A DNA stretch of 59,941 bases, counting the filler, from Globobulimina sp. (Eukaryota), in assembly GCA_003354225.1 (NCBI GenBank). It is 13 parts of 13 records of this genome, joined end to end, with 100 filler letters (N's around TTAATTAATTAA, not from the genome) between each part and the next. Parts side by side here need not be neighbours in the genome. Positions count along the whole stretch, not along the records: positions 46,212 to 50,722 come from PIVH01001174.1; positions 50,823 to 55,332 come from PIVH01001175.1; positions 55,433 to 59,941 come from PIVH01001176.1; 10 more parts are not named here. One strand, 5' to 3'. The position numbers and the translations under genes are program-made. Of this stretch, positions 47,236-59,728 are shown in pieces (position 1 is the stretch's first letter; the number at the start of each line of letters is the position of its first letter). Under the pieces are notes generated by a model. That model was not told the DNA's origin, searched no databases, and was given only the letters and a program-made list of their open reading frames with translations.

Positions 47236-50200
47236 ATGATGGCGTCTTGTATTGAAGCAAACAGGTTACTAACAACGATATCATTTATTTCAATAATGTC
47301 AATAGTATCAGCCCACATAACAATCATCAATTCGACAAGTAACAATGGCTTATGGCTGGATGATTTTGTATACGGCCATTTTGGAATTCTCAATGGTTGG
47401 AGTAATAACCTGACACACTTAGATACCACAGTCATCCCAAACAAACAATATCATGGTCGTTTCACAGATGTGGATACCGATATAAATACCATAATGTCCA
47501 ATATATTATTACGTACATTCCGATGTTCATCCCGTTCAAACATATTCCTATCATACAGCGCAGCATTTGATTGTGGCACAGAACCAAACCAAGCAGACGG
47601 CGTTGCATTTTATTTCAACGATTCATTACAAGCACTCCGATTAACTCCGGGCGATGCCAAGAATTCTGGCGAGCCAACCATTCCAGTCTCGTCTTTGCCG
47701 GATTATTTGGGACAATGTGCCGCATCAAATAAACCGTGGGATGTCATACATTCTGGTTTGATGGATCTTGGCATCATACAATCAACACACGTTTTTGAAT
47801 TAAAATGGATTGCAGAAGCCACACATCTCAATGATGGCATTGTTATATATAATATACAGGTTTCCTGCGAAAAATACACGACATTAAATCCTACCTTTTA
47901 TCCCACCAATAATCCAAGCTATGACCCCACCAATGATCCCACCACGAATCCTACATTCGACCCTACCAATGATCCGACAGCAGATCCAACCAATGATCCA
48001 ACACATTATCCGACATTTGACCCTACCAATGACCCGACAGCAGATCCTACGACGGACCCTACCAATGATCCAACTGCAGATCCAAGCACTGACCCTACAT
48101 TTGATCCTACTGCGGACCCAACATACGACCCAACTCATGACCCAACTATGGATCCTACGCATGATCCAACGCAGGATCCCACGTACGACCCCATTGGAAA
48201 TATAACCTATGGCTGGGAGACAACGGTGACAGATAAAGGTATTTTGTGTTGACAGTTCGTAGACATATTTAGTATACAAAAAGCGTTAACTTATATTTCT
48301 TGACACAAACAGGTGTAATGGGCGGCGGTTTATTTATTCATGACTCATACAGCAAATTCGAAGCGACCATAACAATGGATTTAAATTTATTAAAATCACT
48401 TAATCGGCTGCGATGGGAATATGTTGATTGGAATGCACCAAATTTAACAAATAACACAAACTGGACAGAAATCAGCAAGGAGTATTATAAAAATATAAAT
48501 ATTTATACCGCACAAGTTACGGATGTTTACAAGCTCAAAGACTTAGGCTTTGCTGCTGATGATTTGGTGTATTCATCGGTGTTGACAATATCAGCAATTC
48601 GCGTTTTGAATTCCGGCTATTGTTACAATACAACAACAGCAAAAAAACACTTATTACAACCCGGGAAACATTATGGTTTCAGATTGTTCATTGTGGCGGA
48701 TTCACTTATAAATGATCGGTATGATGAATATTTTTACAGCGATGTGATGAATTTAACAACAAACCAATTTGTCACCGGCGGTCAATGCATATTACAATTA
48801 TTAGATAAAACCAGTACTACCGCCCGGTTGTTAGACAAATTTTATTTTGATTGTGCTGGTTGGAGTGATCCCGACTCATTGACTCAAAACTTTTCATTGC
48901 GATTCAACGGTTTAATGAACGATGTATTAATCAACAATGCATTGCTAAGTGAGTCATGGAGCAAAGTGCCCGCATCCATCATTGGTGTGATCGGTACCAA
49001 AGCTTTGAAAATCACTGCATTGATGCGGGATGATTTGGGCGCGATTACATGTTATCCAATAAACATCGACGACTCGTTCCCATCCGCATGTATGTTACCT
49101 ATGTTTCTCTAAAAACAGCGCATGCAAACATTAAACAAACAGCGCTTTCTGACGAGGAGATATTAGCGGCGATCCGCAGGATAATACGCGAGAATAAGTT
49201 AGGTGAAGATAATGCGATAGCGGTCGCATTAGATACAATCTTGGAAGGTTTGCTGTATATTGGTTATGCGAATAATACGGTTTTGTCGCAAATTATGGAT
49301 TTAATTGTGAGCAATGTGGTGGATACATCGTATGCTACGGACCCCGCACAAACCTCTTCTGGCCGCGTCTTGTCTGAATCTATTTTGATGAAAGGTTTAT
49401 TGTCTGAAAATAGATTAATTTTTCCAAACTCTGCGTCGTTGATCGTGGATGCTTATTTGCCGCAGTTGTATAGCACCATTGACCAGGAAATTATTACTGC
49501 GCCGGCGATACAGTTGGATCAATCTATCGGCGATTCGTTGAATCAAATTGGACTGAAATCACTAGACTTGGCGGACAAATTGGAGTCGTTTATGACCAAA
49601 TCTTCCGAGTTGAAAGATTTTGATCTTAATCATAACCAAGTATTAGAATCTTTTGTTGAATTTTCTGCGTATTCTGGACATATTGCATTAGGTATATATT
49701 GCCCATAAAATTCAAAAACGTTTTTAATTTGTGAATTAATAATAAATTTGTGATTTGTACATAGCGCAATCGTACCCAGGTGCGGTGTTTGAATACTTTG
49801 ACGAAGCGGCGGGAAAGAATATATTCACAAAGAAAATCGACCCACACACCACAGACTCAGCTACAGCGCAAGAATGTGGCATTACTGATGGTAATAACAT
49901 CCGTATACCGCCCATATTTGATACTTTTTATGATTGCAGTTTTGTGGATCAATCGGATGCATACTTCGAACCAAATGATGATATTAAAAAAATGGAGGAA
50001 AGCAGAACCAATACGTTATCAAAGACCGTCACTATTAACTTATACAACGGCTCTGTGTATAATTCCGTATTTGATGTCCGTAGACGAAGAATGATCGAAG
50101 ATCATAAACGTAGGAGGTTGCAGGGAGAGGTTATCGATTTAAGTAATTCTTTATTAGCTTCTACGCAAATTGAAGATCGATGTCAACCGTATTTTATTCA

Positions 50201-50510
50201 TATTAACTTGAATCAAAACGATGCAGATTTGTATACGTTGCCAGACAGATTAAGTAACAGTTACGCATTAGGCGAGAATACACCATATCCGGCGTGTACT
50301 TTTTGGAACACTGTAACTAAAGAATGGGATAAGGACAATTGTTTTGTGTATAATTATACTGAGAGTGAGGTGTTGTGTGCTTGTCTGCATTTGACTACTT
50401 TTAACATTAAAGCGTCAGATTTTAAACCCGAAGCGAATATTGTTACGTGGTATGATTTTCGATCATTGAATAAAAAAACATTGTTGCAATACCCATTTGT
50501 ATGGATCACT
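47236..50510 (+). CDS. Polycystin-1/adhesion-receptor-like protein: signal peptide, TxDP stalk, REJ-like region, GAIN/GPS; truncated by a chimeric junction
   Basis: GT-AG introns 48239-48312, 49090-49142 and 49692-49764 join four ORFs; GGQC...FDCAGWSDPD (REJ-like); CTFWN...WDKDNC...CACLHLTTF (GPS). Confidence 0.85.
47886..48192 (+). repeat. Coding 12-bp PT repeat (PTxD)n
   Basis: About 25 consecutive PTND/PTAD/PTFD/PTHD-type units. Confidence 0.9.
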
Positions 50511-50722
50511 TTAGTCGCTATGTTGATTACGATTTCACCGCCGCTCTGGAAGAGGATCTGGATGCCATCTCCCGTGGTGAGAAAGCCTGGATTCCGGCGG
50601 TCAAGCAGTTTTGGGATCCCTTTACCGCCCTGTTGCAGCAGAAGGACAAGGAAGTCAGCAAGGCCGACGTGACCACCGAAAAGACCGACAAGATCTGCCC
50701 TGAATGCAGCAAGGAGCTCGTC
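50504..50722 (+). CDS. topA: Bacterial type IA DNA topoisomerase I fragment
   Basis: HFSRYVDYDFTAALEEDLDAISRGE..W......FWDPF...CPECSKELV; abrupt rise in GC content and GC-ending codons. Confidence 0.9.
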
Positions 50723-50822
50723 NNNNNNNNNNNNNNNNNNNNNNNNNNNNNNNNNNNNNNNNNNNNTTAATTAATTAANNNNNNNNNNNNNNNNNNNNNN
50801 NNNNNNNNNNNNNNNNNNNNNN

Positions 50823-51879
50823 TGGACGAATGTAAATAGGCTGATGATAAATTTGGAAATATGGAGCGAATTAAATCGTCATTATCAAATTTAAAAGGAT
50901 TTGTTTATGCAGAAAATGCAAAGGAAACACAAGAATGTAGATTTTTAAAATTAGCAACCAATATTTTATCAAATTTAATATCGTTTAAACAATTGCAATC
51001 ATTACATACTCATTCTCACATAATGGATTAATATCGTTATATTTCCACAATAATAATATAAATGCTTTAAATAAAATATTGGAATTATGTATTTCTGTAT
51101 CGATATCAACATCAATTATAAATGAATCAGAAACATGTCCGTCTCCTTTGTTTAACCTTAGCGCATTTTTCCCAAATCTAGAGAAATTATGCATAGTTTT
51201 TAATTTTGCAGATGTTGATAGCGAGGTACCATCGAAAAAGAAAATTGCATCACATATTAAAAAATATGAAGGATCAATTCAATCCATATTAAAAAATCAA
51301 ACTAAATTAAAATTATTTCAAATTGTAGCTGATCTGCATGATAATAATTATAACGTTAACGACATTTTTAACTTTAACGATTTTTGTGCGAGAAAACTCA
51401 ATATTTTAAGTGATTTTGGTAAAACATTGGTTAACGCATTTAAAGGTTTGGGTGATTCTGATTTGCACGCAAAACAACCATTGATTTTTAAATTTCATTT
51501 AAAATCTTCCTTAAGTACAGGGAAAATGCAATATGAAATATCAGATTCAGAAAGGTTTGCACATATCGGAGATATAATAATGAGCTATTTAACTGTATAT
51601 ACAAATGGCAAAATTCAATTTAAATTGAGTTATAAACATAATATGTTTACGGGTGATCGGCCTACTTTGAATCCTTATAAGTATCTGAATGAATTAAATG
51701 GTATATTTAAACTTGTTGTAAAAGGAGATGAAGATGGATTGGATTCGAATTCATTTGATTCGATATCATTTGAATCAATATATGCAGTGAATGCAACTAA
51801 TTATAAAACGAATATTGCTGAGGAAAATATTACATGGAAAGTTGACTGCCGTTATTGTTGTAATACTCCTTGGGTTTGA
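50823..51879 (+). CDS. LRR-like hypothetical protein ending in a CxxC motif; partial and frame-disrupted
   Basis: LSNLKGF, LQSLH, FPNLEKLCI, ...WKVDCRYCCNTPWV*. In-frame TAG at 50837-50839 and a frame change near 51020. Confidence 0.55.
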
Positions 51880-52029
51880 TACCAATTACTTACTATTTTA
51901 TATATCTATTATGTATTATGTTATCTATTATCAAATTTACTATCTATTACTTAATATTATCATAGTTTTAGGATTTGTTTCCAAATTACACCCACCATAA
52001 TATCGAGCTTTTGTTGAAAAACATTGAAG

Positions 52030-52509
52030 ATGTTGCACTTGCAAAAAGTGAGATGCTTGGCAAATAAAAGAGCAGAAAGTATCTTTTGTTGTTTCTATTC
52101 AAGATTCACGATATCTAACCGCAATCAATATTTTATTGGTCAATATCGATTGTTTTCGTTGGCCAAACAACCAAGACAACGAACTAAAAGGCAACGAGCA
52201 ACGTTACAGAAACATTCTGAGCAAGAAAGTGATAGTGATGATATATGGAGTTGGATTGGTGACAATTCATACAATTGGTCTATGGAAATATTGTATTTTA
52301 ATATCAAACTGATTGTAGGATGTTTATTTTTTGCCCAAGTCTATACTGTTTATGAATATCTTAGATATGGCAAAATAAAGTGGATAAGAAGGGTGTTATT
52401 GTGGCTGCCAAATTATATGCCTCAACCAGTACTCAACAAATTGCGAGATATAAACAAGAAAATAAAGACTGAACAGAATGCTGCCAATATAACGGATGAT
52501 GATAAGTAA
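52030..52509 (+). CDS. Small TM protein with a mitochondrial-presequence-like N-terminus
   Basis: Arg/Ser-rich, acid-poor N-terminus (YRLFS) and one TM LIVGCLFFAQVYTVY. Confidence 0.5.
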   Translation: MLHLQKVRCLANKRAESIFCCFYSRFTISNRNQYFIGQYRLFSLAKQPRQRTKRQRATLQKHSEQESDSDDIWSWIGDNSYNWSMEILYFNIKLIVGCLFFAQVYTVYEYLRYGKIKWIRRVLLWLPNYMPQPVLNKLRDINKKIKTEQNAANITDDDK

Positions 52510-52831
52510 TTTTCTGGAAATTTCAGTTTTATTTATTTGCTTTGACAAATGCTGCAATCATTGTTTTATAATGTATTAACTTAGAACGCTTTGAAGATCT
52601 TGACATACTGTACTCACTAAAAAACTTAAGTCACGTTTTTATGACAACTCATCCTCACCATTTGGTCATATTTGTTTAGTTTTGTCCAATTACAATTTAA
52701 TATCATATAAAAGCAGCAACCACTCGTTATTTCCTATTACAAAACCAACTATACACGATTTAAAAACACAAACCATTCAACTTTACGCAAATTAACTTCA
52801 AAATCCTATTCCTAATCTATCCACTATCAAT

Positions 52832-53767
52832 ATGAATTTACCACAAATTACACCGTATCATTCATTAATGCATAATGCTAATAATAATTTCGTATCAATA
52901 CATCCATCAAATCGACCTCCAAATATTCCACCTAAAGCACAACCAAAAGATGAAGCGAAAGTTATTCAAATTCTATACAATTTAGCTCGAATAAAACACC
53001 AAGCTTTATTTTTCAATTTAATTCCGCATTCCTCCCAATCCCAATTACCCCCAACAATCACAGCAACAATTACTGATATTCCCGAATCAATTGCAACCAA
53101 TCAAGGCACTCAAAAACCAAACAAATTAAAAAAACATAAATGTAAACAATGCTCATATTCTACCTCAAACTCTGCTCATTTAACCAAACATATCCGTGTA
53201 CATTCCGGACAACGTCCATTTAAATGCAATAAATGCGACAAATCATTTAAACAGAAATCAAATTTAAAAACACATTCACGTATTCACAGTGGAGTTCGTC
53301 CATATATTTGTAAGGAATGTGGTTATGCTTTTACACAGAGATCGAGTTTAGCTCAACACGAAAAAACCCATTCCGCAATAAAACCATTTATCTGCAATCA
53401 ATGCAATAAAGCATTCCGACGGAAAGACCATTTACAATCACATCGGAGAACACATTCTGGCATAAAACCATTTGTTTGTAATTGGCATGATACTCATCAG
53501 GAAATATCAAAGTGCAAATTCGTAAAAGATGTTCATGGTAAATGTATTAAACGATTTGCTACCATACAACAGTTAAAATTACATGTGATGAACCATTCGG
53601 GTGTTCGACCATTTCCATGCAATCAATGTAGCAAAGCATTCAAATCACAGAGTTTATTGAATCGACATCAAAATACACATTTAAAAATAAAACCGTATTC
53701 ATGTAAAATATGTCACAAAGGATTTACTAGAAAGAATAGGTTGAAAAAACATAATTGTTGTAATTAA
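52832..53767 (+). CDS. C2H2 zinc-finger transcription factor, about 7 fingers
   Basis: CxxC...HxxxH fingers with HSGQRPF, HSGVRPY and HSGIKPF linkers. Confidence 0.95.
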   Translation: MNLPQITPYHSLMHNANNNFVSIHPSNRPPNIPPKAQPKDEAKVIQILYNLARIKHQALFFNLIPHSSQSQLPPTITATITDIPESIATNQGTQKPNKLKKHKCKQCSYSTSNSAHLTKHIRVHSGQRPFKCNKCDKSFKQKSNLKTHSRIHSGVRPYICKECGYAFTQRSSLAQHEKTHSAIKPFICNQCNKAFRRKDHLQSHRRTHSGIKPFVCNWHDTHQEISKCKFVKDVHGKCIKRFATIQQLKLHVMNHSGVRPFPCNQCSKAFKSQSLLNRHQNTHLKIKPYSCKICHKGFTRKNRLKKHNCCN

Positions 53768-54027
53768 AACTTATTGTATTACTGTTTTTGATTGTTTTTC
53801 TTTTTATAAAGTATTAGATTGTAAAATAAAAGTAATAAAATATGTAATAACAAGCCAACATGTAATATTAAACAAAACCTCTACTAACTTAGTACTAAGA
53901 CCATGGTGTTTGGATACGAAACAGGAACCATCAATGTCATTGTTCCAGATAACAGTTAAATAGTTTATGAGCAAGCAAAACCTGATGTGAATACAAAACA
54001 ATAAATACAGTACGATTTTCATCGACA

Positions 54028-55290
54028 TTGATATTCTTTACAGAATTAATTCTTGTGTTTTCAGCTTTGTTTATCATATCTGTATTAGCAATGGTATCAA
54101 TACAAATTTTGATGAATAGATATTCTTTGAATGATAACAAAAACCAAACCCAATTATTATCAGTTCCCTCTCACGAATCACAAATATCGGAACAAACATC
54201 AGAATCCGCATCAAATATTTTTCATAAAACACTAAATAAAAGAAAAAATATAATGATTTGGTCATATTTAGTATTTGTAACATCATTAATAACCACAATG
54301 TTTTATTTATTAATGTATACGACAATTATTACCCCATCGGATACATTTAATTGCACGAATCTGTTACAAATTGGTAATATCTTATTAATATTATCCAGAT
54401 TTGCATTATACATATATTGGAATGAATATTTATTATATTCAACATCTGTTTATTTGTCTTATTACATTGGGAATAACAATATATTTATTAAACAATTCCC
54501 CGATTTAAAACCAATAAAATCATTGGCAACATTTAAAAAACGAATGGCGAACTTGCAGCATAATTTGGACCAACATATACATAATAGATTCAGTGATGGC
54601 GAACAGTATTTATATTACAAAATATTTTATAAATATTATATTTATCGATTTTTTATTATATTGTGGGTTTTGATATATTTAATTGGATTAATAATATACA
54701 CCGAGGGGAAAAACATATATTTGACCATTGACAGTAATAATATTGATGAGGACGGAACAGTTTGCAAAGAGATATTTGATACGTTGAGCATAGGAATGTT
54801 TTTCTATACATTTGGTGTTTGTTGTGACATAATGACCATTTTACACATCATTGAAGAATATATTATATGTTTTGCAAATAATTTATTAATTATTTTAAAA
54901 GATGAAGAATCTTTTAATCAGAATATCTTCGTCATATTAAATATGAAAAAAAATATAACATTAGTATTAATATCGATGTTTAGTACTTTACTTTTTCGAT
55001 TATTATCATTTGCATCCGGCTTAGAAGCCACTTTATATCCATTGGGTTATACAATAAATATTTTAATGGTATTTTTAATGTTTCCATCCAATGGAATAAC
55101 ATATAAACGATGCTGTTCCCAAAGAATTCAAATGGAAAGATTCTGTTTTTTTATTTCATTTACTTTATCAAAATGTTGTTGCAGATATAAATATGGCGAA
55201 TATAAAACTAATGAAATAGATCAAAGACTAAAAAAAGAAAACGATATCACTGTAGAATTGCAAATAATAGAAAAGAAATCTGTTAAATAA
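54028..55290 (+). CDS. 7TM GPCR-like membrane protein
   Basis: About seven hydrophobic segments with extracellular Cys residues and a YKRCC juxtamembrane motif like that of the 25265-26410 gene; start uncertain. Confidence 0.6.
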   Translation: MIFFTELILVFSALFIISVLAMVSIQILMNRYSLNDNKNQTQLLSVPSHESQISEQTSESASNIFHKTLNKRKNIMIWSYLVFVTSLITTMFYLLMYTTIITPSDTFNCTNLLQIGNILLILSRFALYIYWNEYLLYSTSVYLSYYIGNNNIFIKQFPDLKPIKSLATFKKRMANLQHNLDQHIHNRFSDGEQYLYYKIFYKYYIYRFFIILWVLIYLIGLIIYTEGKNIYLTIDSNNIDEDGTVCKEIFDTLSIGMFFYTFGVCCDIMTILHIIEEYIICFANNLLIILKDEESFNQNIFVILNMKKNITLVLISMFSTLLFRLLSFASGLEATLYPLGYTINILMVFLMFPSNGITYKRCCSQRIQMERFCFFISFTLSKCCCRYKYGEYKTNEIDQRLKKENDITVELQIIEKKSVK

Positions 55291-55626
55291 TAGTTATATA
55301 ATCATTAAATAATGAAAAAAAAGTGTCGGATCNNNNNNNNNNNNNNNNNNNNNNNNNNNNNNNNNNNNNNNNNNNNTTAATTAATTAANNNNNNNNNNNN
55401 NNNNNNNNNNNNNNNNNNNNNNNNNNNNNNNNAAAACAATAGTAATACAAATAATGAAAAAATATTAACTTAGGGTTGAGTCATCCATTCTCACTGTCGT
55501 AGATTAAAAGATATATCTTAGCTAAATAAAAACGGTAAAAAGGTAAAAATTAAAGTTACAATTGAATCTCAAATCAAAAGGCAAGGAAATGTAAATCTAT
55601 TTCTAAATTTAGCTTTGAATGTTTGT

Positions 55627-57981
55627 TTATTGTGCTGCAAAATAAGAACCAGCTGACTCTTCAGGCACATCATAATATAAATCACCATCATGTTTACTCA
55701 TGAAATCATCATCACTCAGTAACAAGAATGTGTGTGAATGTGATATAGCAGTTCCTGTATTTGATACAAGACTTTCGCGTCGTGATATTGGTCGACCACT
55801 ATATGGAGTCATTGGACCAACCACATTTTCATTCACTCTCCGATAATAATTTGCATTAAATTGTGGCGTTGATGGATTAAATGGTGATACTGAGCCAGGG
55901 GTACTTGTCGACCTTCTACTTCTATGATATTCGTCATAATGATCACATGCATCCACATCAATGCTCATTCCATGGCCAATATCATACTCATCATTAAACA
56001 CAAAAACTTTTTCATCCAGATTAAGTTTCCGTGATTTCTCTCTTGGAGTTACTTCATTTGATGTCAACGTTTGCGCATTGTCTTCAACTGACGATCCATT
56101 CTCGTTTGTAGCTGTTCCAACATATTCATTCTCCACATTAACTCCGGCAAAACTAAACTTAGTATCCACTGTTTTAAACTTTGATGGTTTCTTACGGATT
56201 GTCACTAGTTTGCCCGTAATATCATCATCTTCGTGGAATGTTTCGTCAAACGATTTACGTGTACGGGATAAACGATTCTTTGTTTTAGCAGCTGTATCGT
56301 TTGATTGTTTATAATATCCATGTCTGTCACATAAGGCACCAAAGGAGAAGAAACACATTGCTTTCTTGCAACAATATATTTTATCATCCTGTAATATTTG
56401 CATGTATTTTATTTCATCATTTATCCATTTCCAACGCAAACATTTAAACAATATCCAACCAATAAGTGATATGACCAATGCAATGATGGAAAACATAAAT
56501 AATATAAATTGCATATTGACCTCATGGGTTAAACAACCAATCAGTGGACCAATTACTAGACCTAAATAAACACTAAATCGATACAGATTGAATGCGGTTT
56601 GTGTTGTTTGCTTCCTGTATTTACGAAAAAGTGCATTTCTTAAATATAATAAAAATGGGGCGGTGCTGAATGCGCTTGACATGGCCACGATAATTAATCC
56701 TATCAATATGGAATTAGACAGCAATAATAAACCGATACACATTCCAAACATTCCAGATAACATTGTTTTAAGTGATCCACAATAACGATATGTTACATTG
56801 CTTGCTACAAATGATAAGGCAACGAAACAGACAGCAAATACCAAATAACATGTTGTGATATATATAAGTCCCATATTACTATCCGTATTAAAATGATCTG
56901 GATTTATGTCATTCAAATATAAAGTTAACATACTCAATAAATATGTGATACATATCTATGAATAGGTGTTTGTAATGGAGGCATACATAATATTCAAATG
57001 TGATATCGTATCTGTATATGATATCGTTGCTGTATTATTTATATTTATGTGTGAGGGAATTCGGATATTTCCTTTGCTGATAAATGCGGCCATAATGGTA
57101 ATGACACCGATCACTATAAATACAAGTTCATAGCCAACAAAACAGTATAAATATCCACTCAAAAATGGTCCAACCATTAATCCAATCATGCAAAACAATG
57201 GGTATTTATGTATCTGCGCGCCATTAATTATGTTTTCCGGCGCTACTTTGAGGAGAACAGATAACATCGATACTTCGACTACGACAGAAATAAGACCACA
57301 CAACACACGGATCAGTCCATTGCATATATAAAATATATATACACTATTTACTGTGGCGGTGCTATCAATAATTTGCGGAATAAATCCAAATAAAATACAT
57401 GATAATCCTTCAAGCAATAATCCAATAACAATACACTGTGATAGTCCGATTTTATAAATACACTGCGATGTACTCGCAAATATCGGTAGAAATATTAAGG
57501 ATGTTAATGGTAATAAAATAATTGTAATGACAACACCATTTATATTGGTAGAAATGTCATGTTTTGGATCCATAGTATAAAATGATAATAGCACTGAGTA
57601 TATAACATATTGTATGAACCATATAATACCGCTAGTTCTGACCACCAATTTATAGCATGTTTGTTGTTCCTGGATTTCAGCGGAGGTTAAATGTGCATAT
57701 GTTTGCGGAATGGATAAATCATAGATTTCAGATTCTTCCCTTATTCCTTGGTGTATTGAGGTATCAAAATAAAATCAGTCACTTATAGCAGATTCAGTGC
57801 ATAAACAACAACAGTATTTACGATATGATACAACTGTGGTTGAATCTTTCTGTGAATTCTCAGCCAAAGTCTGTGGAGTCGCAGTCATGTAATGTTCAAG
57901 GTACACAGCAAAATTTCTCATTAGTAGAGTGGAGAGGGCATCGACATGATTTGCCGGATGTGCACACAAATCTAAGTCCAT
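55627..57981 (-). CDS. MFS transporter-like protein with a long Ser/Thr-rich tail, interrupted by two in-frame stops
   Basis: About 12 TMs with RVLCGL, IGLMVGPFLSGYLY and LGLVIGPLIG. The three ORFs share one frame, separated by TGA at 57775-57777 and TAG at 56956-56958. Confidence 0.75.
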
Positions 57982-57990
57982 TTTTTTGCA

Positions 57991-59208
57991 ATGCCAAAGA
58001 AAAAAAGAAAACAGATTAAAGCCAAACCTCCTGCATTGGTAAGAAATAGCAACATCCCATATTCACTGACTTTGCAAGAATTGTATGCTATTCCATTGGA
58101 TAAATATATTCAAAAAACTGTGGTTCTCAAGTATTGGCAAGACTTTCCTGATGTTTTCGTAGGTCAAATATCATGTATTAGCAGCAAAATGCAGATGAGA
58201 TTACAACATATGAATGCTTTATATGTGAATGCGTCATTGCTACCAAAAGAATTGCATCATGCGTATTGGTTTCATTTTAAAAACATCAAACGTATATATC
58301 ATGAGAATAAAGACATAACCACGGAAATTATGGATATAATGAAATATCGAATGATGCAGTCATTTTTATTTTATTGCTCACAAAATGTAACGTATACAAA
58401 ATCAACACAATATATTGAATACTTACAAAATGATAATGTTATAAAAATATTGAATCAATTAACTAAACATCCTTCAAATTATGAATTATATTTAGAGTGT
58501 CACATCCCAGACATACTTGAAATGGCAATTAAACATTCTTTCGCTGCAACAATTAAACAGCGCCACTTTAGAAATGCAACAGAAAGTTTTTTGTATGATA
58601 TGAACAGAAGTAACAGTCATTTGTTACTTAAAGGAGTTTTTAAAAATAAACAACGAATTGCAGCATGTTTTGAGTTAAAGGAAATGTTGCAAATGTTAGA
58701 TCAGTACAAACGGTTAGTTATAGAATATGTAAAACAGTTATATGGAATCAATAATGTTAATATTAGGAATTATACAAAACATGTTCAACGAGAATTTTTT
58801 GCTGACAGCAAAATTGAAGATTCTGATGATGATAAATCGTCATGGTCCAGCTATATCGATTGGGACTCAAAAGATGTTACTCACACTGTGCGGAATTGGA
58901 AGTTGTATAAAGCAGACGTTTCATGCAGTAAATTATATAGAACTTCATGTTGGAGCAATGAACCAACAAAGTTACGATCAAACATTTTAACGTTTCATCG
59001 TTCACATATAAAAAAACGTGGAGGGTGTGCAAAAAATGATGGTTTGGACAATAGATATAAATCACAGCGGTTAGATAAAAGGTTCAAAAATCGGCATGCG
59101 AATCCTCTGCATCATGGGAAAAATTTTCAAAGAGCGAAAAAGTTGAATAGGAAACGAAATAGAATTAATACTGAAAAAGAGACAATATTTATATTAAATG
59201 AATGTTAA
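57991..59208 (+). CDS. Hypothetical protein with basic termini
   Basis: 405-aa ORF starting MPKKKRKQ (NLS-like); no recognised domain. Confidence 0.6.
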   Translation: MPKKKRKQIKAKPPALVRNSNIPYSLTLQELYAIPLDKYIQKTVVLKYWQDFPDVFVGQISCISSKMQMRLQHMNALYVNASLLPKELHHAYWFHFKNIKRIYHENKDITTEIMDIMKYRMMQSFLFYCSQNVTYTKSTQYIEYLQNDNVIKILNQLTKHPSNYELYLECHIPDILEMAIKHSFAATIKQRHFRNATESFLYDMNRSNSHLLLKGVFKNKQRIAACFELKEMLQMLDQYKRLVIEYVKQLYGINNVNIRNYTKHVQREFFADSKIEDSDDDKSSWSSYIDWDSKDVTHTVRNWKLYKADVSCSKLYRTSCWSNEPTKLRSNILTFHRSHIKKRGGCAKNDGLDNRYKSQRLDKRFKNRHANPLHHGKNFQRAKKLNRKRNRINTEKETIFILNEC

Positions 59209-59280
59209 AAAGATTACAGAAATGTGCATGTTTCAAAAAACTTTACTAGGAAAAAATAGCTTACTAATCAATAATCATTC

Positions 59281-59728
59281 AATGGCACAAGCAGTGAGAA
59301 AGAATGATAATAGCTCATTATTATGTGAATTGTATAAGCAACAGCCGGAAGCATTTCGTAAACGTTGTTCAAATATGCTGTTAAAATACAAAGACGAGAT
59401 TACGAATAAATGGGATGATGAAATTACACAACCTCAATTTATACGATATTTAAATGGAAAAATGTCCTCAAGTCTCGCTAAAATCACATTTGAAATGATT
59501 TGTGAAAAGAAAATAGAAACGCAAAATCCTAAAATATCAAGTGATGATATTGAACAATTTATATCCAATGTGGAAATAGTTAAAATAGAAAAAGAAAAGC
59601 CTAAAAACGTTGCATCGCTCGTAGATAATATTAATATTAATCCTGTACTTAAACAATGTTCTGCTATTTCAATGCCTGTACTTAAACAATTTATTGAAGG
59701 GATTTGGGTCAAAATTAAAAATGTGTAA
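59281..59728 (+). CDS. Hypothetical protein, possible degenerate EF-hands; may be a first exon
   Basis: DDEITQPQFIRYL and KISSDDIEQFI resemble EF-hand exit helices. Confidence 0.4.

Noticed and set aside
4528-55432. Regularly spaced TTAATTAATTAA motifs as a biological repeat or CRISPR-like array
   Set aside because: They sit inside identical N-padded 100-bp linkers and are artificial contig joins.
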